Assembly (NCBI GenBank): GCA_046546105.1
Contig: JBKGYN010000003.1
Location: 2,178 to 66,177, forward strand
DNA length: 64,000 bases
Direction: 5' to 3'
DNA from: Candidatus Woesearchaeota archaeon
GTDB taxonomy: Archaea > Nanobdellota > Nanobdellia > Woesearchaeales > SKGA01
Below, piece after piece: positions 57,891-64,000 of the stretch. The notes below the pieces were generated by a model. That model was given only the letters and a program-made list of their open reading frames with translations. It was not told the origin of the DNA and did no database searches. The position numbers and the translations under genes are program-made. Position 1 is the stretch's first letter, and every line of letters starts with the position of its first letter.

Positions 57891-58277
57891 TTAATCATTA
57901 TACGTTTTATAGAACTCTTTTGCCTCATCAGCACCCATTAAGCCTTCAACTTCCGAAGGATCGTCGAGCTTGATCTTTGCAATCCAGTTCTTGTACGGTT
58001 CCTTGTTGATTTCAGAGGGATCATCGAACAGCGAATCGTTCACTTCAATAATCTCCCCGGAGACCGGGCTTGAGAGATGCCCTGACCATTTTAGAGCTTC
58101 TACTGAAACATACGTATCACCTTGCTTTATTTTCTTCCCTTTTTCAGGGAGCATTATGAAGACGAATTCCTTGACTTTTTTCGCGGCAGGCCCTATAACA
58201 CCAAGAGTGGCCGTATCGCCTTCAACCTTGACCCACGTGTAATCCTTGTTGTATTTCAGCTCAGTTGGGAAGTCCAT
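57891..58277 (-). CDS. GcvH-family lipoyl carrier protein
   Basis: P..LKY....WV, LP..G..I.QG, lipoyl Lys in VEALKWSG, SPVSG.I.EVN and IN.EPY..WI. Confidence 0.9.
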   Translation of the reverse strand: MDFPTELKYNKDYTWVKVEGDTATLGVIGPAAKKVKEFVFIMLPEKGKKIKQGDTYVSVEALKWSGHLSSPVSGEIIEVNDSLFDDPSEINKEPYKNWIAKIKLDDPSEVEGLMGADEAKEFYKTYND

Positions 58278-59733
58278 TGGTATCCTCCTCTTTGTTTTTT
58301 GGATCTTCAGTATTTTTGTTCTTATTATTATGGTGGTTCACTTGAGATTCTATGTCGCTATCTTTCTTAACCTTTCGAGCTCCAGTACGCTTGTTATTCC
58401 TCACATCATTCTTCCCAAGTTTTTCGGAACCTATATAGATTCCGAATCTCGGAAGCACCTTCCTATGAATCCATATGACAAGTATTGAAGCTGCAATAGC
58501 TCCTCCAAATACCAAAAATGTCGTTCCAATACTATTCATAAGGTCGGGATCGACAAGCATTACGAAAGCAAGTGCCAACATTATCATTCCACCGACCATT
58601 TTCAAGATTCGACCATGTTTTTCTTCAAATCGTGTAGCTTTCATAGTAGTAATAGCAATCACTATTATGATGATCTCAATCAAAAGATAGATTATCATAT
58701 ATAGTAACAGATGCGTAAAGAATGCGAATCCTTGAATCTGTTGTTGAGCCATCATGTTAGTCCATATCAAAGGGAATCCTGCAGTACAAGGTAATTCGAC
58801 CAGAACCACACCTAGAGCTAGCAATGACGTCCCTATGATTGTAGAAGTAAATGATTTATCACTTCTCATCACATTCCGCATATTCTTGAAAATCTTGGGT
58901 TTGTATTTATCAGGAATCGTGAAAGAAACTCCTTTCTTATACCAGAAATAATCCTTGATATTCACAACCGCAAAGATAAACGCTATCGTTGCTACTATTA
59001 TCTGTATCACATTCAGATACCCAACATACTGGAAGACATTCAACAATCCTGCCATGAAAAGAGCATAAGCAGTACCGGTTACCAATAAAAACGTTCCTCC
59101 AACAACAAGTACTTTCTTTCTGGAATTAGAATAGATGACAATACCCAAGAGGAATGTTATCAACCACAATGAACATGGATTGAAACCATCGACAAAAGCT
59201 ATCAACCCTGTCATTACCGCCGAGGGCATAGCACCTACATTGACCTGTCCGATAAGTGGAATATTAACTATATCTTTTGATTCTGACTTGTAATCACCTT
59301 TGGGGAGAGAAGGTGTGACCCCATCTACTTTCTCTGCAGGGCAAGGACAACCGTCTTCTTGACAATCCTCTAGTAAAGAGTCGATGCTGTTTTTTATAGA
59401 ATCCTGCCCTATCAAATAATTATTACCGATAAATACGATAGGATAGCCGCCACTACGGACACCATAACTTTCTTTGAATGATTCATAGATATCTTTTTCT
59501 GACTCATTGGCGATATCATGATATGTCATATGGAGATTGTCATATTCAAGCCCGTCAAGGTACACCTCTATCTCAGAACAATCAGGACACTCCTCATCGA
59601 TAAATACGTGTAAGCACGTTCCTTCAGAAGTTGTTGCATTCGTTCCATCCTGTGCCATGACAGGAGCTACAATGGTAAGTAGCATCACCACCATCAACAA
59701 TACTTTCGCTGTTTGATCACCCTTGAATTTCAT
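58261..59733 (-). CDS. Membrane protein: exported thioredoxin-like domain fused to a DsbD/CcdA-like TM domain
   Basis: Signal peptide, CPDC and YP.VFIG domain, then ~7 TM helices with the paired DGFNPC and VELPCT cysteines. Confidence 0.82.
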   Translation of the reverse strand: MKFKGDQTAKVLLMVVMLLTIVAPVMAQDGTNATTSEGTCLHVFIDEECPDCSEIEVYLDGLEYDNLHMTYHDIANESEKDIYESFKESYGVRSGGYPIVFIGNNYLIGQDSIKNSIDSLLEDCQEDGCPCPAEKVDGVTPSLPKGDYKSESKDIVNIPLIGQVNVGAMPSAVMTGLIAFVDGFNPCSLWLITFLLGIVIYSNSRKKVLVVGGTFLLVTGTAYALFMAGLLNVFQYVGYLNVIQIIVATIAFIFAVVNIKDYFWYKKGVSFTIPDKYKPKIFKNMRNVMRSDKSFTSTIIGTSLLALGVVLVELPCTAGFPLIWTNMMAQQQIQGFAFFTHLLLYMIIYLLIEIIIIVIAITTMKATRFEEKHGRILKMVGGMIMLALAFVMLVDPDLMNSIGTTFLVFGGAIAASILVIWIHRKVLPRFGIYIGSEKLGKNDVRNNKRTGARKVKKDSDIESQVNHHNNKNKNTEDPKNKEEDTNGLPN

Positions 59734-59829
59734 TGATATAACCCCACTACCACACTAATGGTATTACCAGTGCAATTATGTTATACCCAATTTAGGAAGT
59801 GAAATCCTTTTTAAAGGTTTTTTTCAAAA

Positions 59830-59859
59830 AATGAAATGACCCTCTTCAATCATTTCATT
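59830..59859. promoter_or_regulatory. Perfect inverted repeat AATGAAATGA-N10-TCATTTCATT (operator or terminator)
   Basis: 10-bp arms overlapping the regulator's stop codon, just upstream of a minus-strand BRE/TATA-like GAAAAAAACCTTTAAAAA. Confidence 0.55.
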
Positions 59860-60379
59860 GTATAAAAAGCTCTTTGAACGAATCGTTGAGAATCACTTTG
59901 TTCGTCATCCCATTCTTTTCTTTACGCACGACACCTTTGGATTCAAGATTCGCAAGCTTCCTGTGGAGTTTGACAGCATTAATTCCTGTCACATCTGCCA
60001 GATTACTCTGAGTGATTTCTCCTCCATCTCTGATTAGAGCCAAAACGATCACTTTATTATCATGTTCGAGAAAATCCAAGGTGTGTTCAATATTCCCGAG
60101 AATTTGTTGTTTCTCTTTAGAATAGGATTTTGATAAGAAATAGTAAGTCAAAATACCAACAAATACTCCTAACGATGTCAGTACGGCGATAATGATAGGC
60201 AGAGTTACCTTGCAACTGCAAGCCAGACCATAATTATCATTGATGAAATAAATCGCTAATGAAACGACAAATATGAATCCGATCAATATAGCGACAGACA
60301 GCAGTATGCTGCGCAGATTGGAACCGTCTTGAGATTCATCTGTTCTTTTCAGCGAGTCTATAGTATTATCAAAAGACAT
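59855..60379 (-). CDS. Membrane-anchored winged-HTH transcriptional regulator
   Basis: Two TM helices flanking a CSC loop, then GGEITQS.L....G...VKLHR.L..LE.KG.V.KE.NG.TN.V.L. Confidence 0.8.
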   Translation of the reverse strand: MSFDNTIDSLKRTDESQDGSNLRSILLSVAILIGFIFVVSLAIYFINDNYGLACSCKVTLPIIIAVLTSLGVFVGILTYYFLSKSYSKEKQQILGNIEHTLDFLEHDNKVIVLALIRDGGEITQSNLADVTGINAVKLHRKLANLESKGVVRKEKNGMTNKVILNDSFKELFIQ

Positions 60380-60528
60380 TCCGAATAAAAAAACCATAAA
60401 TTATTATTTAAATATATCGTATAACGATCCCTTATCACCATAACATATGAAAACCAATAACACCATCAAGATACAAAAACCTTAAAAACTACACAACCCA
60501 TAATCATAGCATATAGAGGTGAGCGACC

Positions 60529-60933
60529 ATTCCATCACAACATACTTCTCATAAGCAAAAAGAAGAACAAGCGGCTGCTAAGAATGAAGAAGAGCACAAA
60601 CTTATCAAACAGCTCGCTCATCGGATGAACAACTTGCAGAAAGAGGATCTTGAGCTTCATAATACTGTCGAGAAACAGCATAAGACCATCGGCGAGAAAA
60701 GAGTGAAGTTCCAGGAAAAGATTCAATTTGCACGCAATGAACTCAAAGAACTTAATGAAGAGTGTGACTTGCTGCACAAATCGATATTTTCGCTCGGAGA
60801 TCGACTCAAGCGAAAGGTGAGCTCTAAAGAATTCGAAGCCCTCAAGGAAGTAGTCGATAACTGGAATCTGGAAGGCTTCATGCACCACAGGGAGCTTGAG
60901 AAGACTTGGCAAAAATATGCCGATAATAAATAG
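60529..60933 (+). CDS. Hypothetical coiled-coil protein; probable ATT start at 60529 (first ATG 60625)
   Basis: GAGGTGA at 60516-60522, a 6-nt spacer, then an in-frame ATT followed by 32 open codons before ATG 60625. Confidence 0.65.
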   Translation: MPSQHTSHKQKEEQAAAKNEEEHKLIKQLAHRMNNLQKEDLELHNTVEKQHKTIGEKRVKFQEKIQFARNELKELNEECDLLHKSIFSLGDRLKRKVSSKEFEALKEVVDNWNLEGFMHHRELEKTWQKYADNK

Positions 60934-60944
60934 AGAAAAGATTC

Positions 60945-61961
60945 TTATGAATTCTTCTTATCATACTTCATAGCTTCCTGCAGTGATAAACGTGCAGGTC
61001 TGATGTGTTTCGGTGAGGGAGTGTTCACCGAAAGCGATTGCAACCACAGACCCGGACGCAATACGATCTTGCCGAAACCTTTCGAATACAATGCTCCGAA
61101 GCGTTGCAGCTCATAAGATATCCCGGCTATGAACGGCACAAGTGCAAGCCGGAGTCCGAAGTTGATCAGAAAAGGCAAGTCTTTCGGTATGAACAGATAG
61201 ACCAGGATACTCATGAACAACACGAGGAACATGAACGTGGTTCCGCAGCGAAGGTGTTCTTGCGAGTGTTTGGAGATATTTCTTACGCTAAGTTTCTCGC
61301 CCGCTTCCATACAGTTGATTGTCTTGTGCTCGCCGCCATGATACCGGAATAATTCCTTGATGTCAGGTAGTCGACCGACGATGACCATGTAGAGGATGAA
61401 AATCCCTCCTTTGAACACACCATCAACAATATTGAACACCATGTCTGAAACATTGAAGAGCGAATCAACACTTTTCGCCGCCAATAACGGCAGGAACTTG
61501 AACAACCCTATAGCGAATACGATACCAACCGCCACTGATCCCCAGATGAGGAGTTGGTCTCCCAAGGATGAATCCGGATCATCATCAGACTCCTTCGACA
61601 TCTTGTCCTTTGAACCGTTTTCTTCTCGTTGCTTCTTGTTCTCTTCTTCAAGAGCGACTTCTGATGAATAAGTGAGTGACTTGTAACCGATGGAGAACGT
61701 CTCGATGAGAACGATCATCCCCCTGATAATAGGAATCCGAAGTGACTTGTAACGTTTGGTCAGCGATCGGTGCGGCTTGAGTTGTCGTTTGTATCCTTCA
61801 GAAGTTCGCACTGTCGTGACATAGCAGTGTGTCCCTTTCATCATGACCCCTTCCATGACCGCTTGACCGCCATAGACTGGTCTTGACGCTGAGAGCACGA
61901 CGAGCATGAGCGCTATCTTGAGTCGTGTAAAGAATTGTTTGAATGTCTTGTAAAATGTCAT
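60945..61961 (-). CDS. DUF1385 family membrane protein
   Basis: GGQAV.EGVMM, P.IRG, F.YHG.EHK.IN, H.RCGT.F and PGLWLQ. The start may be 61907. Confidence 0.88.
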   Translation of the reverse strand: MTFYKTFKQFFTRLKIALMLVVLSASRPVYGGQAVMEGVMMKGTHCYVTTVRTSEGYKRQLKPHRSLTKRYKSLRIPIIRGMIVLIETFSIGYKSLTYSSEVALEEENKKQREENGSKDKMSKESDDDPDSSLGDQLLIWGSVAVGIVFAIGLFKFLPLLAAKSVDSLFNVSDMVFNIVDGVFKGGIFILYMVIVGRLPDIKELFRYHGGEHKTINCMEAGEKLSVRNISKHSQEHLRCGTTFMFLVLFMSILVYLFIPKDLPFLINFGLRLALVPFIAGISYELQRFGALYSKGFGKIVLRPGLWLQSLSVNTPSPKHIRPARLSLQEAMKYDKKNS

Positions 61962-62026
61962 TGTGAGTTAAGAAGACAAAAATCCCGGTTGATTTATTAA
62001 TGTTGGGGAGAAGATCATCACTTTAT

Positions 62027-62422
62027 TCACTGTCTGAAATTCCAGTTATCCTTACGGCATTGCACTTCACGGTCCACTGATTCCATGAAGCGATATAGTG
62101 TCGCCTTGAGTTCTTCAAGTTGCTTCTCGAGAAGCGTGTAAACATCGTTCTCTATGAAATGCAGATCCTTTGCCAATAGCAAGAGCACTTCGACTTCCCG
62201 GCACGATCCGTAGCTGTATTGCAGATGGTTGAAGAACACCTTGTTCGATCTATTGGACGCCCCCTCCACGATGTTGAGGACGATGCTTGTCGCTGCCCGT
62301 TGCAGTTGCGAGTACATGTTGCGAAGTTCCGTTTCCGGAAAAGAAGGCAGTACTCCGTAGACTTCCAGAACGAACCTATAACTCAAATCATAAATTTTTA
62401 GTTTCTTGAAATTCCGCCCCAT
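62027..62422 (-). CDS. Four-helix-bundle protein (23S rRNA intervening-sequence protein / Avd-like family)
   Basis: F..L.IY..S, FP..E...SQL.RAA.SI..NI.EG and GS..E. The ORF-track extension to 62749 is low-complexity and probably non-coding. Confidence 0.9.
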   Translation of the reverse strand: MGRNFKKLKIYDLSYRFVLEVYGVLPSFPETELRNMYSQLQRAATSIVLNIVEGASNRSNKVFFNHLQYSYGSCREVEVLLLLAKDLHFIENDVYTLLEKQLEELKATLYRFMESVDREVQCRKDNWNFRQ

Positions 62423-62789
62423 GATAAAAGCAGATATACTGCGGCAGTTAAAAACAGTTTCTCGAAGAAATTCGGAAAGCTTCCGGATGAACGACCATAA
62501 GAAAGCAGCCAAGTGAAAAAAAAGAGTGAGAAGAATATCGATCGTGAGCTTGAATAGCAGCGATACACAAGCAGTTTGTTTGAATGATGAGAGGAAGGCA
62601 AAAAAGGAAAGAAGAGACGAGAGTAAAAAAGACAAGAGGAAAGTGAAACACAGTCTTCCGTCTATCCGGTTGATTCTACTTGTAAGAAAAGTGAACACAG
62701 AAAAAGTCTGAACGATGAGAAAAGAGAAGGGAAAAAATGATACCCGCACAAAGGAAAGAAGATTATGTAATCAGAACACCAAATGTTGA

Positions 62790-64000
62790 ATACAAAGACG
62801 AACTATTAGTAACCGCGGGCTGAACGTCTCGTTGCCTCGACGCTTACACCCCAGTCCTATCAACCCCGTCTTCTACGGGGGTTCTGGGTCTCTTTTCGAG
62901 GGGAGTTTCGTGCTTAGATGCTTTCAGCACTTACCTCGTGAAGCGTAGCTGCTCGACATGCCCTGTCGGACAATCGATCACCAGAGGCTCCGAATCATCG
63001 TTCCTCTCGTACTAAATGATCCTTCCTCTCAGACCCGTTAACAATTCCAGTAGATATCAAACAAACTGCTTCACAGCGTTCTGAACCCAGCTCACGATTC
63101 CTTTTAATGGGTGAACACCCCCACCCTTGGCCGCTTCTACACAGCCAGGATAGGAAGAGCCGACATCGATGTAGCAAACCGCGCCGTCGATAGGGGCTCT
63201 CGGGCGCGACAACTCTGTTATCCCCGGAGTAACTTTTCAGTCACGCCTACCGCCCAGTCAAGGACAAGTAGGAGATCGCTAGACCAAACTTTCGTTACTG
63301 GACTCGATTGTGGTACGATTCCAGTTAGGCTGGCTTTTATTCTTGCACTCTACACCGGATTTCTGACCCGGTTGAGCCAACCTTTGGGCGCCATTGATAT
63401 CTTTTCAACGGCGTGCCACCCCAGCCAAACTGTCCACCAGCAGCTGTCCCGACATGTCGGTTAGCGGCGCGAAACTCAAAGAATGGTGTTACATTGGCGC
63501 CTCCACAAGATCTGGCGACCTTGCTTCGAAGGCTCCCATTTACGCTATACAATGAGTTTCCCGTCACAACAACTGGCTACAGTAAAGTTTCACGGGGTCT
63601 TCGCTTCCCACTGGAATTCTCTGGCCTTTGCACCAGAAAAGAGTGTTCGGAGGGTTCTAGTTAGGGACAGCGGTAATCTCGTTACGCCATTCATGCAGGC
63701 CGTCAATCAAACGGCAAGGCGTTTCGCTACCTTAAGAGAGTTATAGTTACCCCCGCCGTTTACCAGCTCTTAGCTCCCTTGAAAAGGAGTTTGAAGTGCA
63801 GGCACTGGGCAGACGTCACCGACTATACACACCATTACTGGCTTGCAGTCAGTTAAGTTTTTGTTAAACAGTCGGACTACCTTTGTCATCAAACCCTACG
63901 ATTGCATCCATACGAACACAAAAGTAGGGACCCCTTATACCGAAGGTACAGGGCCAATATTGCTGAATTCCCTTAACTTAGATTTTCCCTTCACACCTTA
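62790..64000 (-). rRNA. rrl: 23S rRNA, 3' ~1.2 kb (continues beyond window); 3' end approximate
   Basis: The reverse complement contains GTAACTATAAC..TAAGGTAGC, GGATAACAG, TCGATGTCGGCTC, GAGCTGGGTT, sarcin-ricin AGTACGAGAGGAAC and GCTGAAAGCATCTAAG. Confidence 0.97.

Noticed and set aside
54505..59733. Selenocysteine or stop-codon recoding in the redox genes
   Set aside because: All redox motifs use ordinary Cys codons, and the ORFs are complete under the standard code.
62027..62422. Diversity-generating retroelement suggested by the Avd-like fold
   Set aside because: There is no reverse transcriptase in the window, and I found no template/variable repeat pair differing at adenines.
61985..62675. 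10-bp direct repeat CCGGTTGATT (61985 and 62666) flanking the four-helix gene; it also resembles the 16S 5' end
   Set aside because: A 10-bp match within ~700 bp can easily occur by chance, and there are no terminal inverted repeats or other support.
62995..63746. ORFs within the terminal 1.2 kb
   Set aside because: They lie inside the 23S rRNA gene.
1..64000. CRISPR array, cas genes, transposase, integrase
   Set aside because: No regularly spaced repeat-spacer pattern or recognisable motifs were seen.

Overview
This window is a gene-dense chromosomal segment from an archaeon, most likely DPANN (Woesearchaeota-like). The evidence is archaeal informational genes (Cdc6/Orc1, GINS15, RpoP, L37e, L37ae, Lsm, prefoldin beta, KEOPS Kae1 and Pcc1, OapABC, NreA), GGTGA/GAGGT Shine-Dalgarno sites, an archaeal-type 23S rRNA 3' end with no 5S gene behind it, and bacterial-type MutS/MutL. 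Many proteins are acidic, which hints at a saline habitat. The housekeeping backbone is interrupted by several accessory blocks. (1) 54.5-60.4 kb: a co-directional operon encoding a membrane-anchored HTH regulator, a thioredoxin-fused DsbD/CcdA-like membrane protein, a stand-alone GcvH-type lipoyl carrier, a CPHC thioredoxin lipoprotein, a single-Cys NADH oxidase/CoA-disulfide-reductase-type flavoprotein, a divergent lipoate ligase and a binding-protein-like lipoprotein. This is a candidate lipoate-dependent trans-membrane thiol-redox relay. (2) 11.8-17.6 kb: a PLP racemase, three different ATP-grasp ligases and an S66 LD-carboxypeptidase/MccF-like peptidase, with an ABC exporter nearby. This is a candidate D-amino-acid peptide pathway. 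(3) Two small AT-rich islets, one holding a TrmB remnant and one holding a guanylate-kinase-like gene. Other points of note are a ~290-nt multi-hairpin intergenic element, two apparent pseudo-enzymes (RtcA-like, and an RHH-fused nucleotidyltransferase), three small genes missing from the ORF track, and a probable ATT start codon. No CRISPR array, transposase, integrase or reverse transcriptase was seen. All family calls come from motif recognition by eye; no searches were run.
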